The position numbers and the translations under genes are program-made. The notes beneath the pieces are model-generated. The model saw nothing but the letters and a program-made list of their open reading frames with translations, was not told the origin of the DNA and did no database searches. 64,000 bases of DNA from Tubulanus polymorphus (taxonomy: Eukaryota > Animalia > Nemertea), in contig NC_134027.1 in assembly GCF_964204645.1 (NCBI RefSeq), forward strand, positions 24,452,560 to 24,516,559, read 5' to 3'. Positions 1 through 19,895 of this stretch are shown here, in pieces; position 1 is the stretch's first letter, and every line of letters starts with the position of its first letter.

Positions 1-152
1 TTGTCCTAGGAGGGGCTAGGATATTGTCTTAGAAGGGGTAGTATTGTCCTAGGATATTGTCTTCGAGGGGTAATATTGTCCGTGGAGGGTAAATGTAAAG
101 TATTATCCTAGGAAACGCTATAATGTCCATGATTTGAAATTTTCTGTCGTAC

Positions 153-9222
<9,070 letters not shown>

Positions 9223-9576
9223 AATTAACGAGATACAATCTCTTCTTTCGCTTCAATTTCTCGTTTACTTTTCCCGAACTTTTTCCGATCAGTTATTTCC
9301 GCATGTGGCGCATGTCGGAGTTAAATGTCGCGGGAAAATTTCTGGGTCACGGAACAAACTTTTCACAATCGAAAATGTATCAAATCATAATCTAATCAAT
9401 ATTTTAACTTCAACGATTAAGTTAAGGTTTAACTTGGATATATGACTAAGCGATCGCCTAATTTGAGTTGTATTTTATTTTTTTAGTATTTTTGGAAGGT
9501 CTTGTTTTGTCGTTTTCCTGTTCAAAATGGCGGCGCCCATGAGTTTGACAGTTCAAACGTAAACAAACTACATACT
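9223..9576. promoter_or_regulatory. Bidirectional promoter region between MCM2 and the FN3K-like gene, with E2F-type site and YY1-type motif
   Basis: Start codons at 9222 (-) and 9577 (+) are 354 bp apart. CGCGGGAAAA at 9329-9338 (reverse TTTTCCCGCG, canonical E2F site; MCM genes are established E2F targets). CAAAATGGCGGC at 9523-9534 matches the YY1 consensus. Confidence 0.7.
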
Positions 9577-12500
9577 ATGGAAAATATAGATGAACTGACT
9601 AAACATCTAAGGTCGACTCTAGGGAATGAAGACCTGGTCTATATACGGCCTGTTACGGGTGGATATATCAACGAAGCGGCTCTTTACGGTGACCGGGAGG
9701 TGCCTGGTACAGAAGCGTCGAAAAAACTGTTCGTGAAATACAACACACGAAAAGAGGTAGGCCCAAGTTGGTTGGATTAGATAAACAGGTCATACATAGT
9801 GAATGATAGTGAACGATTACTCCCAAGATAGAACTCACCAGAATTGGTTGACCCATGGAAATGAACTGTATTCATAACTTCGACAGCCTACAAAGGACCT
9901 CCAATTGCAGGGAATAGTTCAATTCAGTTAACTGTAATTATTGTAAAGCAAAAATCGGTTTAAAAAATCTATTTTTGTTCCCATCATAGATAAGGTCAGA
10001 ATACTATTGCTCAACAGAATTTGGATCCTAGATTCATGTCACACTGTGTGTTTTATCTGACTAGCTTGTAGTGTGTAAGCGTAAGCCTTATGTGTTTGTT
10101 TGCCCCAAATTATAATTATGTTACTAAATATTGGTCATCAATTGCAGACTAAGTCCGTGTTCTATTGTGAAAGAGAAAGTTTATCGTTGATCAAACAAAC
10201 AGGTGTCATTAGAGTTCCACAAATATATCAGGTATTTCGAAATCATATCTACATATTACACCATGAACAATATTGAAGGCTAAATTAAATGATACATTGT
10301 TTCTCCTAATCGGCCGGGTCATTTTTGTAAACTGCAATAAAATTTATGATTAGTTCATCTATAGCTGCCCGGATCTGTTATGATAATTAGCTTGATCATG
10401 ATTAGAAAAAAAAACTTATGTAGTAGATAGGCGGCCAGCCTGGTCAACTTTTAAACTCAGCAGAGATGAGAAACGAAAGTATCAATTTCTAGCCTGATAT
10501 GATACAAAAACTAATTAATCATTTTCATTTTGTGTTTTAATCTAAACCATGATTATTAAGTTTTGATGAATCACCCTCAGTTCAGCTGTTGCAGCAAAGC
10601 TAAAAAGAAATCCCGCACTTTGAATAAAAAATGTAATCAGATGTTTTCTTGAGCTAATATTTATTAGGCGATCCTATAGTCAACGCGCAGGAGCATCCTA
10701 TGGTAGCGGGGCCGGGTGTGGACGACCCCTTTTTCAAGCGCATGCAGTGCCCTTTCTACAAATGAGGAAGATTACGTCTTTTCCTCAAACGCGATTTTAT
10801 ACAACAATTTATATTTGAAGTCGTAAATTCTATAACGGTACATCTACATCTATACAATTTCGTATTTATAGGGACTGGGCTGCTTAGAATCAGAAGATAT
10901 TCTAGGTCAAGGAATAGTGGAGGAAATTCTTCGAAACCTTTTTATTGTTTGGTTGGGATTTTATATCAACTTTGATGATGTTTTTGATTTACTTTTGTGT
11001 TACGTCCTATATGTTTTAACTCTATATAGAAATGCGCTATTTAGATTAATATAGTTAATGTATCGTGTAATGATTATCATATTTATCATGAAGGTATTGG
11101 ATTATCCGGTCGATAGCGATGATGGTGCTCGTCGTGATGGAGGAGTAATCGTCGGTGAATACCTCGAAAATTTGAGACCAGTCGGCGAATCCGACGATTG
11201 GAGAAAATGCGGTGAAAAAATTGCGAAGTCAGTTGGGATTAGAGCGGGATCTGGTTTCAGGGACGGGTCCAAGGGGAGCGTGCAGGGTGCTCACCCCCAT
11301 CCCCCAAAGTGTCTAGTTGCCCAGACATTTTACGGGAAAATGAAATTTTGTATCAAACTGAAACCCAAAGATTTGAATTCATACGCTTGATCTTTGTATT
11401 TCCAAAAATGAGATAATGTTTTCCGATGAGCTTGCGTATAAGTTATTTTTCAAGGCATCCTCGCTTGCCAGGGTATGGTTGCAGCCCGCCAAAGCACACG
11501 CCAACATACGCAAACCCTTCATCGGTCCGATGAAGGGTTCGTGGCTAGGGTTTATCGCATATTTTCGAGGTGGCAATTAACTAGGTTAAGTTAGTTTTCT
11601 TGTTTATTCTTGCTCTCATGTTGCAGGTTACACGCTGATAATTTGCATAAACTAGAAAAATGGCGGCTGAATGAAGAGTCTTCCATACACGCAGAAAACC
11701 GACGCTGTCGACCTGTCGAAAAGTTCGGTTTCCATTGTCGCAGTTATTTCGGTCATTTCGGTACCGAGCCGATGTGGTCTGATAGCTGGACTGTAAGGAC
11801 ATAAAACTACAGGATGAAATAGTAATCCAACAATTTTGAGAATTTAAAAAAAAAATTCATCTTTAAAAGTAGAGAAATAGTTCGGCCATTTAATACTTTT
11901 CGAGTTAAATCATTTTAATCATTCTTAAGCGGGATTATACTTTCCTTTTCATGGTTATTTTGACATCGTTGTTTACTAATTTTTCATTTAAAGATTTCGA
12001 ATTCGACATCAGTTTGTTTCGTGTTTTGTCTTGAACTGACGGCAGTAGTTCGGGCATCTATTCATTTTTCGTTTTGTTTATTCGGCAGGAATATTTATCA
12101 CGATTCTGTCTCGAACCGCTATTTAGATACGCGATCAACGAGGTAAATGGAAATGGGTTGAGCTCCAGACAGTCTCAAGTGGTCGGTCTCATGTGTGACG
12201 ACATAAAAAAATAAACGAGATTTCTGATTCATCTCCTAAGTGTATTTGGTCCAAACTCTTGGATTATGGGCCGCTAAATAACTGCATTGCATGAGAGTTT
12301 CTTTTTCTTCAATTCAGTTCCGCGATCGGGAGATTGCAGAATTGTGGTCCGAATTACGACTTAAACTCCACACGTTTTTCGACGATGACGTCATTTGTCC
12401 TTCGTTGTTACACGGAGATTGTTGCAGCGCCAACATCGGCATTATCCCAGAAAATGGTGAAATCGGTATGAGTCGCCTTAACAATGATCTTTAAATAATA

Positions 12501-13240
12501 AATCTCTTAATTAGCATTATCAGTGTAAGCTATTCTGACAAGCCATTGACCGATGGCGGAAAAATTTTACGATGAATTTGATGGGTTTTAAAAAAACTTC
12601 TTAATCTACCACAAAAATGGCACCCTCCTTAATCCCCACGCGTGACATCACCGAATTGCCGACTACAGAAAACTCCGTTTGTCTCGGAAACGATTGTTTG
12701 CCTCGCTTGCTTTCATCTATTGCCACATGCCCGTCGTGATAATGACCTATCCCTGCTCCACCTATCACTGAATTCGCGTACCTCGGATCACGGATTCACT
12801 GAAACCTCAAGATCCGAGGCAAGCGGTGTCGAAATGATTAGACAAATAAATCTCAGTCACGCATTTTCTGGAAGCATCTATTGATCACTAACAGCAGACG
12901 ATCAATTCTATGGTGTCATACGGGGATGTCTGTAAGCAGCCATCCTTCACGGAACAATCTAAGACCTCTTTTCTTTCCAGTAACGTACGATGCCCAGTCT
13001 CGATACGGCCATCACGAATTGGATTTTGTCGCTAATTTGGTCGAACGGAAATTCCCCGACAGTTTTTTCTCCGGTTATTTCGAAGTTTTGCCGATCACGG
13101 ACGCGTCGTCTGTAGCAGCAGCCGATCACGAGCGACGCCGTCTGCTTTACAGAATGTTCGGGTATTTTCTGTATTGGACTCACGGCGGAGGAGAAGAATA
13201 CAGAGAGAAAACGATTCGAGACCTGAAAACTTTATTATGA
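9577..13240 (+). CDS. FN3KRP: Fructosamine-3-kinase / ketosamine-3-kinase family protein, divergent (7 exons, about 341 aa)
   Basis: Exons 9577-9756, 10148-10231, 11094-11227, 11627-11792, 12089-12142, 12318-12465, 12981-13240 splice in frame. Motifs align with FN3K/FN3KRP: GGYINEA P-loop, LFVKYN, E.ESL..I.QTG.IRVP, LHADN, VEKFGF, DREIAELWSEL, PSLLHGD, YGHHE, RR.LY.MF. Family assignment is firm; FN3K versus FN3KRP orthology is not. AATAAA at 13498-13503. Confidence 0.9.
10278..10494. mobile_element. PIF/Harbinger-like MITE, diverged reverse copy
   Basis: GGCTAAATTAAATGATACATTGTTTCTCC...GAGAAACGAAAGTATCAATTTCTAGCC; related to 16609-16827. Confidence 0.7.
11456..11561. mobile_element. CATCC-family MITE, short diverged copy
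   Basis: Flanks TTTTCAAGG / TTTTCGAGG (9 bp, one mismatch); start CATCCTCGCTTGCCAGGG shared with 38376; internal 13-bp-arm palindrome at 11513-11539. Confidence 0.6.
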
Positions 13241-13328
13241 TCAAAGCGAGTATATCAATCTAGTGCAGCTTGGAAATAGTGAGAGGTGTGGATGATCACT
13301 TTTGAAAGGTCGCCGATAAAAGTGTTAT

Positions 13329-13477
<149 letters not shown>

Positions 13478-13632
13478 TGTTGTTTATCGTTCATTTCAAT
13501 AAAGCGATCAATTTGTGGAAGATCCAGATCCTTGGGTTCGAACCCTCTAATTCTGACTATGTGCCCTTTTGAAAATCACGAGCATCCCGCCTGCGGCGCT
13601 TGCCGGGACGCGAGTATAAAGTCCCCTTTTAT

Positions 13633-13705
13633 AAAGTGTGTTGATAAAATGTCTGCGTCTGATGTTTGACAAACATCAGACATAGACATTTTATCAACAC
13701 ACTTT
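13633..13705. repeat. 73-bp near-perfect palindrome (36-bp arms, 1-nt centre)
   Basis: AAAGTGTGTTGATAAAATGTCTgcGTCTGATGTTTG-A-CAAACATCAGACatAGACATTTTATCAACACACTTT; two adjacent mismatches. Confidence 0.95.
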
Positions 13706-14993
13706 CGAAGTAGTTGGTTTTCAAAAAACTGAACATGTGAGGTCTGGAGATCAAAAATGGGGTGACAAATTATCGGTGTGTATTTAGTGAGTGCAACCGG
13801 GCAGCCAGCAGATTGACATCATGAAATATTATCTTATTTGCGCAGATGTTCAAAGACTTTTTTCAGATAACAGGAAACAAAGAGGAAGAGACTTATCTAT
13901 TTGAGATGAAATAAATATGTCGTTTTTGTGCATAATTTCACTTCCGGGGAAAACGGACGTTAACGAGGTCACATCCTGGTGACGTGCCGATTATATTAGG
14001 TGTGCCAATATTTGCTTCCCGGGTCGTATCAATTTAGAATCCATAACTGAATGAAAATATATAACTGTATGAATTTGTCGTTGTTTCACGCGCGGATTTT
14101 GGATTCAGGTAATGATTGAAAATATACGGAGGAGACGTACAGGATTTTCCTTTTTCAATTTTGGAATTTTTTTCGGGGGTTTTTCACATCCCGCTGAAGA
14201 ACTTGAGAGTGCCTTTTTTCGGAGGAATTCTCTGAGAATGTTCCTCAATCGATTTCTCCTAAAGAATCCTTAATTTCTGGGTCATGAATTTTATTAACAA
14301 AACTTTTTTCAAATTGTTTTCGCTGAAATAAATGAATCAATTTTTGTCAAGTAGGGAACGTATTTTTCCACCTTGAATCTTTATTTCTCACAGAAAACTA
14401 GAAAATCATATGATTAATTCTATTTCCGACGGTAAAGAGGTAGGACTTATCGTGAATTAAAAATTCACCAGGAATTTCCTGTGAATAGAATTCACTGAAA
14501 ATTATTGTTGTTACGACGCACTTTTTCCCGTATGACCGCAGGCTTACACGACTATATTGTGGAGAACATTGTTTTTTTTTACGATCATTATCATATAAGA
14601 ATTGCCTCAGACCCTGTTTAGTAGAATAACCGCACTCGATGATCGTAGAGAATAGACGATAAACCAAACACGTACACAGATTTAAAAGTATTAAAACCAT
14701 GATTTGTTTATTCATTACACCTTTAAAATGACACGACGTTGGATCACCTAGGGTACTTGCTGGTATCGAGTCGCCATCTAACTTCGCGCCGCCCGGTATT
14801 GCTCGTCTCGGTACCGATCGTCATGAGTCGAAAAAGGAACCTGAAATAACCTGTCATTCGCGAACAAAATAGTCTTATTCTAGAGCGTGTTTTAATTGTG
14901 TTTATTTTACGTATCATATTTTACATATCATCATATATTTTAGACTGATGAAGGATGGTAGCAATTTTACCACCTGCCGTACGTTACAACTAT

Positions 14994-15167
14994 CGAGAGA
15001 AATCCCACAATAACGAACCACGAGACGCCTGATGATGGCTAACAGTTGTTAGCCGAAACATCGCTCCTCAAATATAATCATTCTGATATAGAATTTTTCA
15101 ATCTTGGCTTCGTTATTGTGAGATTTCTCACGTTATCATCATACACGGATATTGTGTATCTTCTTGT
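14994..15167. mobile_element. Short Penelope-like/retrozyme-like insertion flanked by 11-bp direct repeats
   Basis: GTTACAACTAT at 14983-14993 and 15168-15178; segment absent at the paralogous site in copy B (about 38908); internal inverted repeat 14997-15017 / 15109-15129; carries a hammerhead core. Confidence 0.6.
15022..15069 (+). ncRNA. Minimal type I hammerhead ribozyme-like motif (probably degenerate) inside a short TSD-flanked insertion
   Basis: CTGATGA (15029-15035), extra T, stem II GGCTAAC-agtt-GTTAGCC, GAAA (15055-15058), CA-TC. Stem I (gagacgc/gctcctc) has two mismatches. Confidence 0.6.
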
Positions 15168-15578
15168 GTTACAACTATTTGTAATAGTTTGATAAACTGT
15201 TTATTCAACGGTTGTGAGATTTTATTTTCAAATTGTTTCATCACAGATGTCTAGTCTAATATCTAGCCGTTGTTGATAGGGGACAGACTACGCGAATATT
15301 GTGATCTCAGAGTCTCGGCCACATTCGTGTAGGCTGTTACATGAAGCAGTCCTCTACTATTCAGCATTGCCAAAATCATTTACACCGAAAAGGACGACAC
15401 TTGTTCTTTAGATTAGCCGATTTTGTGAGTGAATGTTTATAACAGTTTTTCTCTTATTGTCATTTCTATATTGTGTTCATCCCGTGTCCGTGTTGTTTGT
15501 ACTCATTGCGGATCATTACGAATCAATACGGATCGAGTATTTTCAATGTGAATTGAAGTAGATATATCAATGAGTTGT

Positions 15579-15732
15579 GGAAAATCCCATCACGCTCCCA
15601 GCCTATCACTGCGCGCGCCTCGCAATAAATGGAAATCTGGTTACTTTGAAGAGCTGCTATTGAATGTAATTTTCTCTAGAGACCTTGCAATCAAAAGTTC
15701 ACAGTTGATAGATGACAGCTAGCAAGCAAGGT
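15579..15732 (+). promoter_or_regulatory. Candidate promoter / non-coding first exon of IL-17R-like gene A with kappaB site
   Basis: GGAAAATCCC 15579-15588 (reverse GGGATTTTCC, kappaB consensus); paralogous GGGAAAACCC at 39239-39248; shared donor-like AAG|GTGGGT at 15731 and 39383. Inferred only from conservation and motifs. Confidence 0.35.
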
Positions 15733-16608
15733 GGGTCGAAATTATGATTACTTTAATATATACGCTTTGCCTTTATAGCATTAAAGTATTACGAGTTCTA
15801 GTGTTGGTATTTTGGTTACTGCTTTTTTAAATTTTTCCTAAACCAAACCCTACGCTCTCCTCCCGTTGCCGAGTGCCTTTATCAGGACTAGGCGACTCGC
15901 CAACTAACAATACACTAACAGTCACAGAAACAGCACGGTACCTTTTATCGTGATTAACCCTATTTTGCCGACCTCTATGTAGAAAAAAATTTGTTTTCCT
16001 GATACTTATATCTATTCTTTTTCGCGCGCACCCGAAAACTGTAATATTCATCAATAAGTCGATGCCGACAGTGTACGGATGAAGAAGAAGAAGATAAGAT
16101 AAAGATGTTGGGTGGAGAGAGTTCAAATAGTTGAAAATCCATAAAAGCAAAAACGGTACACATCTCATTTTCTATGAGTATAGAAATCTATTCTAGCAAA
16201 CATTTTCGGGTGATTTCGGCCCTCCTCAGACACAGCGCAAGTGATGAAATTTTCATATACTGGTATTTATTTACAAATTTATTCAACTTCTAACTACTAA
16301 TTCAATCCGAAAACTCAGATCTGTTGGAAGATATTTGATTTCAATGTTCAGAAGACGGAGAATGCTTCGAGGCGACGAAACCGAGTAAATATAGCTACGC
16401 AATCAACTTGATTTTTTTTTCTCAATATGTAAATTGTATCAAATTATTTTGTTAAGATTCGTAATTTTGATTATCTGTCATACAAATGTAGTACACACAT
16501 TGATAAAGAATAAACTACTTCTACTATAATAAGATAAAACCCACTATCAACAGATTAAAAGAATTTTAAAACCAAGTTTTTATTTATTCGAACAATCTAA
16601 ATATATAA

Positions 16609-16827
16609 GGCCAAAAAAATTGATACCTTGTTTCTCCGCTCTGCTGAGCTTAAATGTTGACCCGGCCGGCCGCCTATCTACCCTATACATTACTTTTTAA
16701 AAAATCGTGATCAATTTCACCATAACAGACCCGGCCGCTATAGAAATGAACTGTTTATAAATTTTATCATATTTTACAAAAATGACCCGGCCGCTGCGGA
16801 GAAACAAGGTATCATTTTTGTTTAGCC
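16609..16827. mobile_element. PIF/Harbinger-like MITE (GGC...GCC termini, TAA target duplication)
   Basis: TAA|GGCCAAAAAAATTGATACCTTGTTTCTCC...GGAGAAACAAGGTATCATTTTTGTTTAGCC|TAA; near-identical copy at 53038-53255. Confidence 0.85.
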
Positions 16828-16833
16828 TAAAAT

Positions 16834-16875
16834 ACACGACGTTTCGATCTCGCCCTAGAGATCATCGTCAGGTGT
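16834..16875 (-). ncRNA. Penelope-type minimal type I hammerhead ribozyme motif
   Basis: Minus strand: acac-CUGACGA-u-GAUCUC-uagggc-GAGAUC-GAAA-CG-UC-gugu. Complete core, 6-bp stem II, 4-bp stem I, vestigial palindromic stem III (ACGU) as described for Penelope-associated hammerheads. Confidence 0.75.
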
Positions 16876-17464
16876 GTCAGGTTCACAGTAGCAGTTTAGT
16901 TATTTAAATAAGCTTGCATTGGGAATAAATCCTTTTTTTGTGGGAGGGTGTTACGTATTCGATGTTTGTCTAGCATCACTGGTTTTCAAGTTCCTATTTC
17001 GTCGCATGTCATTGTTCATTGTGAATATTGTAAGCTTTAATCTCTGTCTGTATTCTTCTATTGTTGTTTCCTGTATATATATGTTCGTACTGTTGATATT
17101 CAGCAGTTCAGTTGAGTTCTGTTTAATAAAGCAGTTGGTGTTATGTAGATGGCAGTCTTCCGAGTTGTGTTTGTAGTTTGGCTTTTTCTGGCCGTAACAG
17201 AGGGCCACTAGAGGCACTCATCAATTTTCGTCCTTGCAGCCCTCCATCGCAAATCTGTCCTTTTCAAATTAAGTTTCAAGTCCAATTTTCAGGTCCCCCG
17301 ATTCAAAGAATCCTTGATCCGCACTTGATCCCCTACCAGTTGAGTTAATCCTCACTCACCCTTTATATTCCTTCATAGCTTCCTGGCACAGGCAGGAGTT
17401 GGGTTTAGGGTCTTTTTAGCGCTATTAAAGATAGGGTTAGGTTGAGTTGGGCAAGTTTCAGCGA

Positions 17465-17560
17465 GCCTCGGTACTCTAGTGGCAAGACGCTGTGCTAGTC
17501 ATACTCTGGACCGGGTTCAAATACTGCTCCGTCCGCTCTATTTCCTCTACATTTTTTTCT
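17465..17560 (+). mobile_element. tRNA-derived SINE head or tRNA pseudogene fragment
   Basis: A-box-like TACTCTAGTGG (17472-17482) and B-box-like GGTTCAAATAC (17514-17524), followed by a T run; no convincing cloverleaf. Confidence 0.4.
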
Positions 17561-17890
17561 CCACACTTTTCTTGAATTATCGAAGTCATGCACCTCGGCA
17601 CACATGACTATAAGATATGTGCATCTGATATGTGGGCTAAATTAGCCAATCAGAACGAGTTATCGACAAATTGGCAATTCACAGGCAAAATATCACCTGC
17701 CTTTCATGGATCTACGTCAGACGAAGAGGCCTACAATAAACTGATAACTCTTATGAACTTTATCAGATAACCAGCTGGCTGGCTGGGAAACGACAAACCA
17801 AAGCATTTCTCCTGAATGATATGAGAGAAGATTTGACCATTGACCTACTTTTCATATACTTTAAAAAAGACATCGGTATCGAGGACAATT

Positions 17891-19780
17891 TTATCGATTA
17901 TAACTAACAGATTTTCTGGTCTGAAGTTCATTGTATTAAGAGAATCCACTGTAATTTCATACTTGATATAACAGTGAACTATCGGTTATAACGAACAGAT
18001 CTTCTGCTCTTCTGAAGTTCGCTGTAACGAGGTTCCATTGTAATTTCTTACTGGATATAACGGTGAACTATCGGTTATAACGAACAGATCTTCTGCTCTT
18101 CTGAAGTTCGCTGTAACGAGGTTCCATTGTAATTTCTTACTGGATATAACGGTGAACTATCGGTTATAACGAACAGATCTTCTGCTCTTCTGCAGTTCGC
18201 TGTCACGAGGTTCCATTGTAATTTCTTACTGGATATAACGGTGAACTATCGGTTATAACGAACAGATCTTCTGCTCTTCTGAAGTTCGCTGTAACGAGGT
18301 TCCATTGTAATTTCATACTGGATATAACAGTGAACTATCGGTTATAACAAACAGATCTTCTGCTCTTCTGAAGTTCGCTGTAACGAGGTTCCATTGTAAT
18401 TTCTTACTGGATATAACGGTGAACTATCGGTCATAACAAACATATTTTCTCGTCTCCTGAAGTTCGTTGTAACGAGGTTCCACTGTAATTTCTTACTGGA
18501 TATAATAGTGAACTATCGGTTATAACGAACAGATTTTCTGGTCTCCTGAAGTTCGTTGTAACGAGGTTCCATTGTAATTTCTTACTGGATATAATAGTGA
18601 ACTATCGGTTATAACGAACAGATTTTCTGGTCTCCTAAAGTTCGTTGTAACGAGGTTCCACTGTAATTTCTTACTGGATGTAACAGTGAACTATCGGTTA
18701 TAACGAACAGATCTTCTGCTCTTCTGAAGTTCGCTGTAACGAGGTTCCATTGTAATTTCTTACTGGATATAATAGTGAACTATCGGTTATAACGAACAGA
18801 TTTTCTGGTCTCCTAAAGTTCGTTGTAACGAGGTTCCACTGTAATTTCTTACTGGATATAACAGTGAACTATCGGTTATAACGAACAGATTTTCTGGTCT
18901 CCTAAAGTTCGTTGTAACGAGGTTCCACTGTAATTTCATACTGGATATAACAGTGAACTATCGGTTATAACGAACAGATTTTCTGGTCTCCTAAAGTTCG
19001 TTGTAACGAGGTTCCACTGTAATTTCATACTGGATATAACAGTGAACTATCGGTTATAACCAACAGATTTTCTGGTCTCCTAAAGTTCGTTGTAACGAGG
19101 TTCCACTGTAATTTCATACCGGATATAACAGTGAACTATCGGTTATAACGAACAGATTTTCTGGTCTCCTAAAGTTCGTTGTAACGAGGTTCCACTGTAA
19201 TTTCATACCGGATATAACAGTGAACTATCGGTTATAACGAACAGATTTTCTGGTCTCCTGAAGTTCGCTGTAACGAGGTTTCATTGTAATTTCATACCGG
19301 ATATAACAGTGAACTATCGGTTATAACGAACAGATTTTCTGGTCTCCTGAAGTTCGTTGTAACGAGGTTCCACTGTAATTTCTTACTGGATATAACAGTG
19401 AACTATCGGTTATAACGAACAGATTTTCTGGTCTCCTAAAGTTCGTTGTAACGAGGTTCCACTAATTTCATACCGGATATAACAGTGAACTATTGGTTAT
19501 AACGAACAGATTTTCTGGTCTCCTGAAGTTCGTTGTAACGAGGTTCCACTGTAATTTCTTACTGGATATAACAGTGAACTATCGGTTATAACGAACAGAT
19601 TTTCTGGTCTCCTAAAGTTCGTTGTAACGAGGTTCCACTAATTTCATACCGGATATAACAGTGAACTATTGGTTATAACGAACAGATTTTCTGGTCTCCT
19701 GAAGTTCGTTGTAACGAGGTTCCACTGTAATTTCATACTGGATATAACTGTGTACTATCGGTTATAACGAACAGATTTTC
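17891..19780. repeat. 89-bp tandem satellite, about 21 units, each with an imperfect internal inverted repeat
   Basis: Unit GTAATTTCTTACTGGATATAACAGTGAACTATCGGTTATAACGAACAGATTTTCTGGTCTCCTAAAGTTCGTTGTAACGAGGTTCCACT; ends about 115 bp before the gene A ATG. Confidence 0.97.
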
Positions 19781-19895
19781 AGGGAAGGTTCAACCAAATA
19801 TTTATCGGGATTTTTACTTCTTATCTAAATAGAGTGAAATTATGACGTAAGCGTCGTGGTGCTGAAAGATGGAATAGAATGGATATTTCCGAGAA

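Noticed and set aside
9527-9562. ATGGCGGCG as start of the FN3K-like CDS
   Set aside because: Out of frame with the kinase and stops after 11 codons; ATG 9577 aligns with the family N-terminus.
16195-16236. Third hammerhead-like motif on minus strand (CTGAGGA...GAAA)
   Set aside because: Stem II is broken and no stem I pairing; at most a decayed relic. The same applies to 26890-26925.
16951-17217. Possible Penelope endonuclease remnant next to the hammerhead
   Set aside because: No GIY-YIG or RT motifs recognisable in the frames examined.
17204-17218. CTCF-like CCACTAGAGGCAC
   Set aside because: One base short of the core spacing.
17465-17540. Functional tRNA gene
   Set aside because: A/B-box-like words present but acceptor and anticodon stems do not pair; kept only as a SINE-like fragment.
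17891-19780. CRISPR-like array of palindromic repeats
   Set aside because: No unique spacers (whole 89-bp unit repeats), no cas genes, eukaryotic context.
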